A stretch of DNA of 63,141 nt, the filler included. It is 13 parts of 13 records of this genome, joined end to end, with 100 filler letters (N's around TTAATTAATTAA, not from the genome) between each part and the next. Parts side by side here need not be neighbours in the genome. Positions count along the whole stretch, not along the records: positions 36,566 to 49,549 come from SRR11831586_46; positions 49,650 to 57,313 come from SRR11831586_47; 11 more parts are not named here. The stretch is one strand, 5' to 3'. The notes beneath the pieces are model-generated. The model did not search any database. It saw only the letters and a program-made list of their open reading frames with translations, and had not been told where the DNA came from. The first letter of the stretch is position 1. Every line of letters begins with the position of its first letter. Shown here one piece after another: positions 36,566 through 49,697 of this stretch. A program made the position numbers and the translations under genes.

Positions 36566-36760
36566 CTGGTCTCATTCCGTCATCACAACGAGTTCCACGA
36601 ACAGTGCGTGGAACGCATCTTTAATGACCTGTTACGCTTCTGCCAGCCAGAAAAATTGAGCGTTTACGCACGTTATACCCGTCGTGGCGGTCTGGACATT
36701 AACCCGTGGCGCAGTAATAGCGATTTTGTCCCATCGACCACAAGACTGGTTCGGCAATAA
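36566..36760 (+). CDS. queF: 7-cyano-7-deazaguanine reductase (3' end only)
   Basis: [30 protein letters not shown]. Confidence 0.93.
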
Positions 36761-36871
36761 ATTTTTTCTCAATTTTGCGTGCTGGATTCACGCAGAAGGT
36801 TGTGAAAGGTCATCAGGCAGGGCTATTGTAATCAAAGGGAATGACGATATTCGTCCCATAAGGAGTTTTTC

Positions 36872-38236
36872 TTGATTACACATATTAGCCCGCTTGGCTC
36901 CATGGATATGTTGTCGCAGCTGGAAGTGGATATGCTTAAACGCACCGCCAGCAGCGACCTCTATCAACTGTTTCGCAACTGTTCACTTGCCGTACTGAAC
37001 TCCGGTAGTTTGACCGATAACAGCAAAGAATTGCTGTCTCGTTTTGAAAATTTCGATATTAACGTCTTGCGCCGTGAACGCGGCGTAAAGCTGGAACTGA
37101 TTAATCTTCCGGAAGAGGCTTTTGTCGATGGGCGAATTATTCGCGCTTTGCAGGCCAACTTGTTCGCGGTCCTGCGTGACATTCTCTTCGTTTACGGGCA
37201 AATCCATAACACCGTTCGTTTTCCCAACCTGAATCTCGACAACTCCGTCCACATCACTAACCTGGTCTTTTCCATCTTGCGTAACGCTCGCGCGCTGCAT
37301 GTGGGTGAAGCGCCAAATATGGTGGTCTGCTGGGGAGGTCACTCAATTAACGAAAACGAGTATTTGTATGCCCGTCGCGTCGGAAACCAGCTGGGCCTGC
37401 GTGAGCTGAATATCTGCACCGGCTGTGGTCCGGGAGCGATGGAAGCGCCGATGAAAGGTGCTGCGGTCGGACACGCGCAGCAGCGTTACAAAGACAGTCG
37501 TTTTATTGGTATGACAGAGCCGTCGATTATCGCCGCTGAACCGCCTAACCCGCTGGTCAACGAATTGATCATCATGCCAGATATCGAAAAACGTCTGGAA
37601 GCGTTTGTCCGTATCGCTCACGGTATCATTATCTTCCCTGGCGGTGTGGGTACGGCAGAAGAGTTGCTCTATTTGCTGGGAATTTTAATGAACCCGGCCA
37701 ACAAAGATCAGGTTTTACCATTGATCCTCACCGGCCCGAAAGAGAGCGCCGACTACTTCCGCGTACTGGACGAGTTTGTCGTGCATACGCTGGGTGAAAA
37801 CGCGCGCCGCCATTACCGCATCATCATTGATGACGCCGCTGAAGTCGCTCGTCAGATGAAAAAATCGATGCCGCTGGTGAAAGAAAATCGCCGTGATACA
37901 GGCGATGCCTACAGCTTTAACTGGTCAATGCGCATTGCGCCAGATTTGCAAATGCCGTTTGAGCCGTCTCACGAGAATATGGCTAATCTGAAGCTTTACC
38001 CGGATCAACCTGTTGAAGTGCTGGCTGCCGACCTGCGCCGTGCGTTCTCCGGTATTGTGGCGGGTAACGTAAAAGAAGTCGGTATTCGCGCCATTGAAGA
38101 GTTTGGTCCTTACAAAATCAACGGCGATAAAGAGATTATGCGTCGTATGGACGACCTGCTACAGGGTTTTGTTGCCCAGCATCGTATGAAGTTGCCAGGC
38201 TCAGCCTACATCCCTTGCTACGAAATCTGCACGTAA
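36872..38236 (+). CDS. ppnN: Nucleotide 5'-monophosphate nucleosidase (LOG family, ppGpp-activated)
   Basis: PGGVGTAEE motif; 454 aa. Confidence 0.97.
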   Translation: MITHISPLGSMDMLSQLEVDMLKRTASSDLYQLFRNCSLAVLNSGSLTDNSKELLSRFENFDINVLRRERGVKLELINLPEEAFVDGRIIRALQANLFAVLRDILFVYGQIHNTVRFPNLNLDNSVHITNLVFSILRNARALHVGEAPNMVVCWGGHSINENEYLYARRVGNQLGLRELNICTGCGPGAMEAPMKGAAVGHAQQRYKDSRFIGMTEPSIIAAEPPNPLVNELIIMPDIEKRLEAFVRIAHGIIIFPGGVGTAEELLYLLGILMNPANKDQVLPLILTGPKESADYFRVLDEFVVHTLGENARRHYRIIIDDAAEVARQMKKSMPLVKENRRDTGDAYSFNWSMRIAPDLQMPFEPSHENMANLKLYPDQPVEVLAADLRRAFSGIVAGNVKEVGIRAIEEFGPYKINGDKEIMRRMDDLLQGFVAQHRMKLPGSAYIPCYEICT

Positions 38237-38792
38237 TCTCCGCTCCCCCGGTGACGTTTGTTGCCGGGTTTTCTCGTTTTTGGTCACTTACTCATCAACT
38301 CATTTCATTTGTTATATGAATGTTTCTTACCACCCTCACGCGACAAATATCATCACAGTTAATATGTCATACAATTTATGTTGCAACGCAAACGTTTCCC
38401 TATTTTCATAAACCGTATTTTATCGCTATGAAAAAGAAATTATCGCCATGATTAACTAAAAGTATTGATTTTTTCAGTTCAACCTACATATATTGCGCGC
38501 CCCGGAAGAAGTCAGATGTCGTTTAATGGGCAAATATTGCCCTTAAATTCTCTTTTACTTTTGATTTACAGAGTAAAGCGTTGGGATAATCTATCTTCCA
38601 AGTAGATTATTGTATTTGAGATCAAGATCACTGATAGATACATAACTTGTGTGTATCTTTCCGCCCTCAAATTATTACGGCGGTAAATGATTAAGCCATC
38701 GCCGATAGACAGATTTCATTTTTACGGTCAGGCACCTTCCCGGGCTGAACTGGCTAAAAGCTGAATTATTTGCATTCCTCCAGGAGAAATAG

Positions 38793-40082
38793 ATGGAAAC
38801 GACTCAAACCAGCACGATTGCGTCGAAAGACTCTCGTAGTGCCTGGCGCAAGACAGACACCATGTGGATGCTGGGCCTTTACGGCACGGCAATCGGCGCG
38901 GGCGTGCTGTTCCTGCCAATCAACGCCGGTGTTGGCGGTATGATCCCGCTGATCATCATGGCTATCCTTGCGTTCCCGATGACGTTTTTTGCTCACCGCG
39001 GCCTGACTCGCTTCGTACTGTCTGGTAAAAACCCGGGCGAAGACATCACCGAGGTTGTAGAAGAACACTTTGGTATTGGCGCAGGTAAACTGATTACCCT
39101 GCTCTACTTCTTCGCTATCTACCCGATCCTGCTGGTTTATAGCGTGGCAATCACCAATACCGTTGAAAGCTTCATGTCTCACCAGCTGGGTATGACGCCA
39201 CCGCCGCGTGCGATTCTGTCGCTGATCCTGATCGTGGGTATGATGACCATCGTTCGCTTCGGTGAGCAGATGATCGTTAAAGCGATGAGTATTCTGGTAT
39301 TCCCGTTTGTTGGCGTACTGATGCTGCTGGCTCTGTACCTGATCCCGCAGTGGAACGGCGCTGCACTGGAAACGCTGTCTCTGGACACTGCATCTGCAAC
39401 CGGAAACGGTCTGTGGATGACCCTGTGGCTGGCAATTCCGGTAATGGTGTTCTCGTTCAACCACTCTCCGATCATCTCTTCTTTCGCCGTTGCGAAGCGT
39501 GAAGAGTACGGCGATATGGCAGAACAGAAATGCTCGAAGATCCTGGCATTCGCACACATCATGATGGTGCTGACCGTAATGTTCTTCGTCTTCAGCTGTG
39601 TACTGAGCCTGACTCCGGCAGACCTGGCTGCGGCTAAAGAGCAGAACATCTCGATTCTGTCTTACCTGGCTAACCACTTTAACGCACCGGTTATCGCGTG
39701 GATGGCTCCGATTATCGCGATTATCGCTATCACCAAATCCTTCCTCGGTCACTACCTGGGCGCACGTGAAGGCTTCAACGGTATGGTGATTAAATCTCTG
39801 CGTGGTAAAGGTAAGTCTATCGAAATCAACAAGCTGAACCGTATCACTGCGCTGTTCATGCTGGTAACGACCTGGATTGTTGCCACCCTGAACCCGAGCA
39901 TCCTGGGTATGATTGAAACCCTGGGCGGTCCAATCATCGCGATGATCCTGTTCCTGATGCCGATGTACGCAATTCAGAAAGTACCGGCAATGCGTAAGTA
40001 CAGCGGTCACATCAGCAACGTATTCGTTGTCGTGATGGGTCTGATTGCAATCTCCGCAATCTTCTACTCTCTGTTCAGCTAA
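38793..40082 (+). CDS. sdaC: Serine:H+ symporter
   Basis: [17 protein letters not shown] motif; 429 aa. Confidence 0.98.
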   Translation: METTQTSTIASKDSRSAWRKTDTMWMLGLYGTAIGAGVLFLPINAGVGGMIPLIIMAILAFPMTFFAHRGLTRFVLSGKNPGEDITEVVEEHFGIGAGKLITLLYFFAIYPILLVYSVAITNTVESFMSHQLGMTPPPRAILSLILIVGMMTIVRFGEQMIVKAMSILVFPFVGVLMLLALYLIPQWNGAALETLSLDTASATGNGLWMTLWLAIPVMVFSFNHSPIISSFAVAKREEYGDMAEQKCSKILAFAHIMMVLTVMFFVFSCVLSLTPADLAAAKEQNISILSYLANHFNAPVIAWMAPIIAIIAITKSFLGHYLGAREGFNGMVIKSLRGKGKSIEINKLNRITALFMLVTTWIVATLNPSILGMIETLGGPIIAMILFLMPMYAIQKVPAMRKYSGHISNVFVVVMGLIAISAIFYSLFS

Positions 40083-40139
40083 GTCCTTTCGCGCCGCTTT
40101 CGGGCGGCGCTTCCTCCGTTTTAACGCGATGTATTTCCT

Positions 40140-41507
40140 ATGATTAGCGTATTCGATATTTTCAAAATCGGCATTGGCCCTTCCAGTTCTCATACCGTTG
40201 GACCAATGAAAGCGGGTAAACAATTTACCGACGATCTGATTGCCCGTAACCTGCTTAAAGACGTGACCCGCGTGGTGGTTGACGTGTACGGCTCGCTCTC
40301 TCTGACCGGTAAAGGCCACCACACTGATATCGCCATTATTATGGGCCTGGCGGGTAACCTGCCGGATACCGTGGATATCGATTCCATCCCCAGTTTTATT
40401 CAGGATGTGAATACTCATGGTCGCCTGATGCTGGCAAACGGTCAGCATGAAGTGGAGTTCCCGGTTGATCAGTGCATGAACTTCCACGCCGACAACCTTT
40501 CTCTGCATGAAAACGGTATGCGCATTACCGCGCTGGCGGGCGATAAAGTCGTTTACAGCCAGACTTACTACTCTATTGGCGGTGGCTTTATCGTTGATGA
40601 AGAGCATTTTGGCCAGCAGGATAGCGCACCGGTTGAAGTTCCTTATCCGTACAGTTCAGCAGCCGATCTGCAAAAACATTGTCAGGAAACCGGGCTGTCA
40701 CTCTCTGGCCTGATGATGAAAAACGAGCTGGCGCTGCACAGCAAAGAAGAGCTGGAACAGCACCTGGCGAACGTCTGGGAAGTCATGCGCGGCGGTATTG
40801 AGCGCGGTATTTCCACCGAAGGCGTGTTGCCTGGCAAACTGCGCGTTCCACGCCGTGCTGCGGCACTACGCCGGATGCTGGTCAGCCAGGATAAAACCAC
40901 CACTGACCCGATGGCGGTTGTTGACTGGATCAACATGTTTGCACTGGCAGTGAACGAAGAGAACGCTGCTGGCGGTCGCGTGGTGACTGCGCCGACTAAC
41001 GGTGCGTGCGGGATTATCCCGGCAGTTCTGGCGTACTACGACAAGTTTATCCGCGAAGTGAACGCTAACTCACTGGCTCGTTACCTGCTGGTAGCCAGCG
41101 CCATTGGTTCTCTTTATAAGATGAACGCGTCGATTTCTGGTGCTGAAGTGGGTTGCCAGGGTGAAGTTGGCGTGGCGTGCTCAATGGCGGCGGCTGGTCT
41201 GGCAGAACTATTAGGCGCAAGCCCGGCGCAGGTGTGCATCGCGGCGGAAATCGCCATGGAGCACAACCTCGGTCTGACGTGTGACCCGGTCGCCGGACAG
41301 GTACAGGTGCCATGCATCGAGCGTAACGCCATTGCGGCAGTAAAAGCGGTGAACGCCGCACGTATGGCGCTGCGCCGTACCAGCGAGCCGCGCGTCTGCC
41401 TCGATAAAGTTATCGAAACCATGTACGAAACAGGTAAAGATATGAACGCCAAGTACCGCGAAACCTCTCGCGGCGGCCTGGCAATGAAGATCGTTGCCTG
41501 CGATTAA
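40140..41507 (+). CDS. sdaB: L-serine deaminase II
   Basis: GPSSSHT, GCQGEVG and GLTCDP. Confidence 0.98.
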   Translation: MISVFDIFKIGIGPSSSHTVGPMKAGKQFTDDLIARNLLKDVTRVVVDVYGSLSLTGKGHHTDIAIIMGLAGNLPDTVDIDSIPSFIQDVNTHGRLMLANGQHEVEFPVDQCMNFHADNLSLHENGMRITALAGDKVVYSQTYYSIGGGFIVDEEHFGQQDSAPVEVPYPYSSAADLQKHCQETGLSLSGLMMKNELALHSKEELEQHLANVWEVMRGGIERGISTEGVLPGKLRVPRRAAALRRMLVSQDKTTTDPMAVVDWINMFALAVNEENAAGGRVVTAPTNGACGIIPAVLAYYDKFIREVNANSLARYLLVASAIGSLYKMNASISGAEVGCQGEVGVACSMAAAGLAELLGASPAQVCIAAEIAMEHNLGLTCDPVAGQVQVPCIERNAIAAVKAVNAARMALRRTSEPRVCLDKVIETMYETGKDMNAKYRETSRGGLAMKIVACD

Positions 41508-42374
<867 letters not shown>

Positions 42375-42428
42375 CGGCGAGCCGGATACGCCGCAAACGT
42401 CGTATCCGGCATTATCACATCAGCGCAT

Positions 42429-43580
42429 TTACCAGGCGGTATGGTAAAGCTCTACAATATCCTCAAGCGTTGCTTCACGCGGGTTGCCACCGGTACAAAC
42501 ATCATCCAGTGCCGCCTGCGCCAGTGCCGGAATGTCTTCCTTGCGTACACCAACATCACGCAAATGTGGCGGAATACCGACATCACGGTTGAGAGCAAAC
42601 ACCGCTTCAACAGCGGCATTACGCGCCTCTTCCAGGCTCATACCTTCCACTTTCACGCCCATAACGCGCGCGATATCGCGGTACTTCTCACCGGTAAAGT
42701 CAGCGTTATAACGCATGACATGCGGTAACAGGATGGCGTTCGCAACACCGTGTGGAGTGTTATAAAACGCGCCCAGTGGATGCGCCATACCATGCACCAA
42801 CCCTAACCCAACATTCGAGAAGCCCATACCCGCAACATACTGCCCGAGCGCCATTTCTTCTCCGGCATCCTTATCACCAGCAACCGATCCTCGCAGCGCC
42901 CCAGCAATGATTTCAATCGCTTTAATGTGCAGTGCATCGGTTAGCGCCCACGCGCCACGGGTAATATACCCCTCAATAGCATGAGTGAGCGCATCGACAC
43001 CCGTCGCAGCTTTCAGCGCTGGAGGCATACCATCCATCATGTCAGCGTCAATAAACGCCACCTGCGGGATATCATGCGGATCAACGCAAACAAACTTGCG
43101 CCGTTTCTCTTCGTCAGTGATCACGTAGTTAATGGTCACTTCTGCCGCAGTACCTGCTGTGGTAGGAATTGCCAGAATCGGTACACTGGGTTTATTGGTC
43201 GGGGAAAGCCCTTCCAGGCTACGCACATCGGCAAACTCCGGGTTGTTGCTGATAATGCCAATCGCTTTACAAGTATCCTGTGGAGAACCACCACCAATAG
43301 CGATCAGGTAATCCGCGCCGCTATTCTGGAATACACCGAGCCCTTCTTTGACGACAGTAATTGTTGGGTTGGGCACTACGCCGTCGTAAATCGCCCATGC
43401 CAGCCCTGCAGCATCCATCTTATCGGTCACTTTCGCCACCACGCCGCATTGCACCAGCGTTTTATCGGTGACGATCAGCGCCTTCTGATAACCACGGCGT
43501 TTCACCTCATCGGTTAAAGCCCCAACAGCACCCCGACCAAACCATGCCGTTTCGTTCAGAATCATTCTGTTAGCCATCAT
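42429..43580 (-). CDS. fucO: Lactaldehyde reductase
   Basis: Fe-ADH motifs GGGSPQD and DALTHAIE. Confidence 0.98.
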   Translation of the reverse strand: MMANRMILNETAWFGRGAVGALTDEVKRRGYQKALIVTDKTLVQCGVVAKVTDKMDAAGLAWAIYDGVVPNPTITVVKEGLGVFQNSGADYLIAIGGGSPQDTCKAIGIISNNPEFADVRSLEGLSPTNKPSVPILAIPTTAGTAAEVTINYVITDEEKRRKFVCVDPHDIPQVAFIDADMMDGMPPALKAATGVDALTHAIEGYITRGAWALTDALHIKAIEIIAGALRGSVAGDKDAGEEMALGQYVAGMGFSNVGLGLVHGMAHPLGAFYNTPHGVANAILLPHVMRYNADFTGEKYRDIARVMGVKVEGMSLEEARNAAVEAVFALNRDVGIPPHLRDVGVRKEDIPALAQAALDDVCTGGNPREATLEDIVELYHTAW

Positions 43581-43604
43581 CCTTCTCCTTGTTGCTTTAC
43601 GAAA

Positions 43605-44252
43605 TTACTCTTCAATTCGTAACCCATAGGTTTTGAATTTCTCCAGCACTACGGCAATCTCTTCATCGCTCAGCACTGGCACCGGGTCCGTAATCGCCAG
43701 GGTCGTCAGGTAAAGTTGCGCCAGCACTTCAACTTCATGCGCCAGCCATAACGCTTTTTCCAGATTCACCTCACAAGCGATAAGCCCATGATGTTGTAAC
43801 AAAGTTGCCTTACGATTTTTGAGAGCCAGCGCAACATGTTCAGAAAGTTCGCGTGTTCCAAAGGTCGCATAAGGCGCGCAAGGAATAGAATTACCGCCAG
43901 CCGCCGCAATCATGTAGTGAATAGCGGGGATCGATCGGTTAAGAATGGAAACTGCCGTGCAATGAACGGCATGATTGTGAACAACCGCGTTGGCATCCGG
44001 TCTGCTTTGATAGGCTGCCATATGGAAACGCCATTCGCTTGAGGGGAGCTTTCCTTCCTCATGTTTACCGTTGCCATCAATAAAGACAATATGCGACTCC
44101 GTCAGTTTTTCATATGGAATGCCTGTAGGCGTAATCAGCATCCCATCCTGATAACGTACACTGACGTTCCCCGCTGTCCCCTGGTTCAGTCCCAGGCGGG
44201 TCATTTCCAGGCAAGTGTCAATAATCTGACGAGCAAGTTTATTTCGTTCCAT
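43605..44252 (-). CDS. fucA: L-fuculose-phosphate aldolase
   Basis: PSSEWRFH and HNH; 215 aa. Confidence 0.98.
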   Translation of the reverse strand: MERNKLARQIIDTCLEMTRLGLNQGTAGNVSVRYQDGMLITPTGIPYEKLTESHIVFIDGNGKHEEGKLPSSEWRFHMAAYQSRPDANAVVHNHAVHCTAVSILNRSIPAIHYMIAAAGGNSIPCAPYATFGTRELSEHVALALKNRKATLLQHHGLIACEVNLEKALWLAHEVEVLAQLYLTTLAITDPVPVLSDEEIAVVLEKFKTYGLRIEE

Positions 44253-44441
44253 TAGCTACCTCTCTCTGATTCAAAACAGGGCAATAATGTTGTTCCTTTC
44301 ACACTATTGAATTAGCCGTTTAATTACCCACCATCTTCTTCCTGATTAACAAGAAAGAAATTCACAAGCTTATATTTTGTGACCTGGTTCAACTAATCAC
44401 AGTAAATAACTGCAAGTTCTCTTTTTATAACCCCATTAAAA

Positions 44442-44536
44442 ATGACCGCTCTTAAAAATATTTATCAAAACGGTCATTTTTCTATTCCTCCAAGCCCGGA
44501 ATGACCGTTTTCGGCACAAACAATTAATACGGTCAT
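44442..44536. promoter_or_regulatory. Two ATGACCG-N22-CGGTCAT inverted repeats (probable FucR operators)
   Basis: Copies at 44442-44477 and 44501-44536 in the divergent fucA/fucP spacer. Confidence 0.7.
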
Positions 44537-44631
44537 CTGATTTGTGTTTTTTATGATTTATTTTCTGAAACGGGCATGAAATTTCGATTATTAAAGTGAT
44601 GGTAGTCACATAAAGTCACCTTCTAGCTAAT

Positions 44632-44653
44632 AAGTGTGACCGCCGTCATATTA
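44632..44653. promoter_or_regulatory. CRP site upstream of fucP
   Basis: TGTGA-CCGCCG-TCATA. Confidence 0.75.
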
Positions 44654-44798
44654 CAGAGCGTTTTTTATTTGAAAATGAATCCATGAGTTCATTTCAGACA
44701 GGCAAATATTCACTGATATGAAGCCCGAACTCGCTGGTTTTGCACTTTTGAAAACATAACCGATTACGTGCTTAAGCTTCTGAACCTAAGAGGATGCT

Positions 44799-46114
44799 AT
44801 GGGAAACACATCAATACAAACGCAGAGTTACCGTGCGGTAGATAAAGATGCAGGGCAAAGCAGAAGTTACATTATTCCATTCGCGCTGCTGTGCTCACTG
44901 TTTTTCTTTGGGCGGTAGCCAATAACCTTAACGACATTTTATTACCTCAATTCCAGCAGGCTTTTACGCTGACAAATTTCCAGGCTGGCCTGATCCAATC
45001 GGCCTTTTACTTTGGTTATTTCATTATCCCAATCCCTGCTGGGATATTGATGAAAAAACTCAGTTATAAAGCAGGGATTATTACCGGGTTATTTTTATAT
45101 GCCTTGGGTGCTGCATTATTCTGGCCCGCCGCAGAAATAATGAACTACACCTTGTTTTTAGTTGGCCTATTTATTATTGCAGCCGGATTAGGTTGTCTGG
45201 AAACTGCCGCAAACCCTTTTGTTACGGTATTAGGGCCGGAAAGTAGTGGTCACTTCCGCTTAAATCTTGCGCAAACATTTAACTCGTTTGGCGCAATTAT
45301 CGCGGTTGTCTTTGGGCAAAGTCTTATTTTGTCTAACGTGCCACATCAATCGCAAGACGTTCTCGATAAAATGTCTCCAGAGCAATTGAGTGCGTATAAA
45401 CACAGCCTGGTATTATCGGTACAGACACCTTATATGATCATCGTGGCTATCGTGTTACTGGTCGCCCTGCTGATCATGCTGACGAAATTCCCGGCATTGC
45501 AGAGTGATAATCACAGTGACGCCAAACAAGGATCGTTCTCCGCATCGCTTTCTCGCCTGGCGCGTATTCGCCACTGGCGCTGGGCGGTATTAGCGCAATT
45601 CTGCTATGTCGGCGCACAAACGGCCTGCTGGAGCTATTTGATTCGCTACGCTGTAGAAGAAATTCCAGGTATGACTGCAGGCTTTGCCGCTAACTATTTA
45701 ACCGGAACCATGGTGTGCTTCTTTATTGGTCGTTTCACCGGTACCTGGCTCATCAGTCGCTTCGCACCACACAAAGTCCTGGCCGCCTACGCATTAATCG
45801 CTATGGCACTGTGCCTGATCTCAGCCTTCGCTGGCGGTCATGTGGGCTTAATAGCCCTGACTTTATGCAGCGCCTTTATGTCGATTCAGTACCCAACAAT
45901 CTTCTCGCTGGGCATTAAGAATCTCGGCCAGGACACCAAATATGGTTCGTCCTTCATCGTTATGACCATTATTGGCGGCGGTATTGTCACTCCGGTCATG
46001 GGTTTTGTCAGTGACGCGGCGGGCAACATCCCCACTGCTGAACTGATCCCCGCACTCTGCTTCGCGGTCATCTTTATCTTTGCCCGTTTCCGTTCTCAAA
46101 CGGCAACTAACTGA
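44799..46114 (+). pseudogene. fucP: L-fucose:H+ symporter with a -1 frameshift (real mutation or sequencing error)
   Basis: The frame from ATG 44799 stops at TAG 44916-44918 and the rest of the protein lies in a shifted frame. One extra T at 44901-44905 restores SLFFLWAVANN. Confidence 0.85.
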
Positions 46115-46146
46115 ACATATTTTCCGAATAAAGTGAGGAATCTGTA

Positions 46147-47922
46147 ATGAAAAAAATCAGCTTACCGAAAATTGGTATCCGCCCGGTTATTGACGGTCGT
46201 CGCATGGGTGTTCGTGAGTCGCTTGAAGAACAAACAATGAATATGGCGAAAGCTACGGCCGCACTGCTGACCGAGAAACTGCGCCATGCCTGCGGAGCTG
46301 CCGTCGAGTGTGTCATTTCCGATACCTGTATCGCGGGTATGGCTGAAGCCGCTGCTTGCGAAGAAAAATTCAGCAGTCAGAATGTAGGCCTCACCATTAC
46401 GGTAACGCCTTGCTGGTGCTATGGCAGTGAAACCATCGACATGGATCCAACCCGCCCGAAGGCCATTTGGGGCTTTAACGGCACTGAACGCCCCGGCGCT
46501 GTTTACCTGGCAGCGGCTCTGGCAGCTCACAGCCAGAAAGGCATCCCAGCATTCTCCATTTACGGTCATGACGTTCAGGATGCCGATGACACATCGATTC
46601 CTGCCGATGTTGAAGAAAAACTGCTGCGCTTTGCCCGCGCCGGTTTGGCCGTCGCCAGCATGAAAGGTAAAAGCTATCTGTCGCTGGGCGGCGTTTCGAT
46701 GGGTATCGCCGGTTCCATTGTTGATCACAACTTCTTTGAATCCTGGCTGGGAATGAAAGTCCAGGCGGTGGATATGACCGAACTGCGTCGCCGTATCGAT
46801 CAGAAGATTTACGACGAAGCCGAATTGGAAATGGCACTGGCCTGGGCTGATAAAAACTTCCGCTATGGCGAAGATGAAAATAACAAACAGTATCAACGTA
46901 ATGCCGAGCAAAGCCGCGCAGTTCTGCGCGAAAGTTTACTGATGGCGATGTGTATCCGCGACATGATGCAAGGCAACAGCAAACTGGCCGATATTGGTCG
47001 CGTGGAAGAATCACTTGGCTACAACGCCATCGCTGCGGGCTTCCAGGGGCAACGTCACTGGACCGATCAATATCCCAATGGTGACACCGCCGAAGCGATC
47101 CTCAACAGTTCATTTGACTGGAATGGCGTGCGCGAACCCTTTGTCGTGGCGACCGAAAACGACAGTCTTAACGGCGTGGCAATGCTAATGGGTCACCAGC
47201 TCACCGGCACCGCTCAGGTATTTGCCGATGTGCGTACCTACTGGTCACCAGAAGCAATTGAGCGTGTAACGGGGCATAAACTGGATGGACTGGCAGAACA
47301 CGGCATCATCCATTTGATCAACTCCGGTTCTGCTGCGCTGGACGGTTCCTGTAAACAACGCGACAGCGAAGGTAACCCGACGATGAAGCCACACTGGGAA
47401 ATCTCTCAGCAAGAGGCTGACGCTTGCCTCGCCGCTACCGAATGGTGCCCGGCGATCCACGAATACTTCCGTGGCGGCGGTTACTCTTCCCGCTTCCTTA
47501 CCGAAGGCGGCGTCCCGTTCACCATGACTCGTGTCAACATCATCAAAGGCCTGGGACCGGTACTGCAAATCGCGGAAGGCTGGAGCGTGGAATTGCCGAA
47601 GGATGTGCATGACATCCTCAACAAACGCACCAACTCAACCTGGCCAACCACCTGGTTTGCACCGCGCCTCACCGGTAAAGGGCCGTTTACGGATGTGTAC
47701 TCGGTAATGGCGAACTGGGGCGCTAACCATGGGGTTCTGACCATCGGCCACGTTGGCGCAGACTTTATCACTCTCGCCTCCATGCTGCGTATCCCGGTAT
47801 GTATGCACAACGTTGAAGAGACCAAAGTGTATCGTCCTTCTGCCTGGGCTGCGCACGGCATGGATATTGAAGGCCAGGATTACCGCGCTTGCCAGAACTA
47901 CGGTCCGTTGTACAAGCGTTAA
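46147..47922 (+). CDS. fucI: L-fucose isomerase
   Basis: 591 aa; ATENDSLNG and DVRTYWS. Confidence 0.98.
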   Translation: MKKISLPKIGIRPVIDGRRMGVRESLEEQTMNMAKATAALLTEKLRHACGAAVECVISDTCIAGMAEAAACEEKFSSQNVGLTITVTPCWCYGSETIDMDPTRPKAIWGFNGTERPGAVYLAAALAAHSQKGIPAFSIYGHDVQDADDTSIPADVEEKLLRFARAGLAVASMKGKSYLSLGGVSMGIAGSIVDHNFFESWLGMKVQAVDMTELRRRIDQKIYDEAELEMALAWADKNFRYGEDENNKQYQRNAEQSRAVLRESLLMAMCIRDMMQGNSKLADIGRVEESLGYNAIAAGFQGQRHWTDQYPNGDTAEAILNSSFDWNGVREPFVVATENDSLNGVAMLMGHQLTGTAQVFADVRTYWSPEAIERVTGHKLDGLAEHGIIHLINSGSAALDGSCKQRDSEGNPTMKPHWEISQQEADACLAATEWCPAIHEYFRGGGYSSRFLTEGGVPFTMTRVNIIKGLGPVLQIAEGWSVELPKDVHDILNKRTNSTWPTTWFAPRLTGKGPFTDVYSVMANWGANHGVLTIGHVGADFITLASMLRIPVCMHNVEETKVYRPSAWAAHGMDIEGQDYRACQNYGPLYKR

Positions 47923-48030
47923 TACATTACTCCCTGATGTGATGCCCGGTCGCTCCGGCTACCGGGCCTGAACAAGCAAGAGTGGTTAGCCGGATAAGCA
48001 ATGTTATCCGGCTATATTGCAGGAGCGATT

Positions 48031-49449
48031 ATGAAACAAGAAGTTATCCTGGTACTCGACTGTGGCGCGACCAATGTCAGGGCCATCGCGGTTAATCGGC
48101 AGGGCAAAATTGTTGCCCGCGCCTCAACGCCTAATGCCAGCGATATCGCGATGGAAAACAACACCTGGCACCAGTGGTCTTTAGACGCCATTTTGCAACG
48201 CTTTGCTGATTGCTGTCGGCAAATCAATAGTGAACTGACTGAATGCCACATCCGCGGTATCGCCGTCACCACCTTTGGTGTGGATGGCGCTCTGGTAGAT
48301 AAGCAAGGCAATCTGCTCTATCCGATTATTAGCTGGAAATGTCCGCGAACAGCAGCGGTTATGGACAATATTGAACGGTTAATCTCCGCACAGCGGTTGC
48401 AGGCTATTTCTGGCGTCGGAGCCTTTAGTTTCAATACGTTATATAAGTTGGTGTGGTTGAAAGAAAATCATCCACAACTGCTGGAACGCGCGCACGCCTG
48501 GCTCTTTATTTCGTCGCTGATTAACCACCGTTTAACCGGCGAATTCACTACTGATATCACGATGGCCGGAACCAGCCAGATGCTGGATATCCAGCAACGC
48601 GATTTCAGTCCGCAAATTTTACAAGCCACCGGTATTCCACGCCGACTCTTCCCTCGTCTGGTGGAAGCGGGTGAACAGATTGGTACGCTACAGAACAGCG
48701 CCGCAGCAATGCTCGGCTTACCCGTTGGCATACCGGTGATTTCCGCAGGTCACGATACCCAGTTCGCCCTTTTTGGCGCTGGTGCTGAACAAAATGAACC
48801 CGTGCTCTCTTCCGGTACATGGGAAATTTTAATGGTTCGCAGCGCCCAGGTTGATACTTCGCTGTTAAGTCAGTACGCCGGTTCCACCTGCGAACTGGAT
48901 AGCCAGGCAGGGTTGTATAACCCAGGTATGCAATGGCTGGCATCCGGCGTGCTGGAATGGGTGAGAAAACTGTTCTGGACGGCTGAAACACCCTGGCAAA
49001 TGTTGATTGAAGAAGCTCGTCTGATCGCGCCTGGCGCGGATGGCGTAAAAATGCAGTGTGATTTATTGTCGTGTCAGAACGCTGGCTGGCAAGGAGTGAC
49101 GCTTAATACCACGCGGGGGCATTTCTATCGCGCGGCGCTGGAAGGGTTAACTGCGCAATTACAGCGCAATCTACAGATGCTGGAAAAAATCGGGCACTTT
49201 AAGGCCTCTGAATTATTGTTAGTCGGTGGAGGAAGTCGCAACACATTGTGGAATCAGATTAAAGCCAATATGCTTGATATTCCGGTAAAAGTTCTCGACG
49301 ACGCCGAAACGACCGTCGCAGGAGCTGCGCTGTTCGGTTGGTATGGCGTAGGGGAATTTAACAGCCCGGAAGAAGCCCGCGCACAGATTCATTATCAGTA
49401 CCGTTATTTCTACCCGCAAACTGAACCTGAATTTATAGAGGAAGTGTGA
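48031..49449 (+). CDS. fucK: L-fuculokinase (alternative start 48001)
   Basis: FGGY kinase motifs LDCGATN, GHDTQ and SSGTW. Confidence 0.97.
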
Positions 49450-49450
49450 A

Positions 49451-49549
49451 ATGCTGAAAACAATTTCGCCGTTAATTTCTCCCGAACTATTGAAAGTGCT
49501 GGCAGAGATGGGACATGGAGATGAAATTATTTTTTCCGATGCTCACTTT
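49451..49549 (+). CDS. fucU: L-fucose mutarotase (3' truncated)
   Basis: [26 protein letters not shown]. Confidence 0.95.
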
Positions 49550-49697
49550 NNNNNNNNNNNNNNNNNNNNNNNNNNNNNNNNNNNNNNNNNNNNTTAATTA
49601 ATTAANNNNNNNNNNNNNNNNNNNNNNNNNNNNNNNNNNNNNNNNNNNNTCGGATAAGGCGTTCACGCCGCATCCGACACGGTATTCGGCGAGATAA

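Noticed and set aside
38766..40607. 613-aa minus-strand ORF
   Set aside because: Antisense shadow of codon-biased sdaC/sdaB with no recognisable motif.
44253..44798. IS5 insertion activating fucAO
   Set aside because: The spacer is only about 545 bp with no IS ends or transposase.
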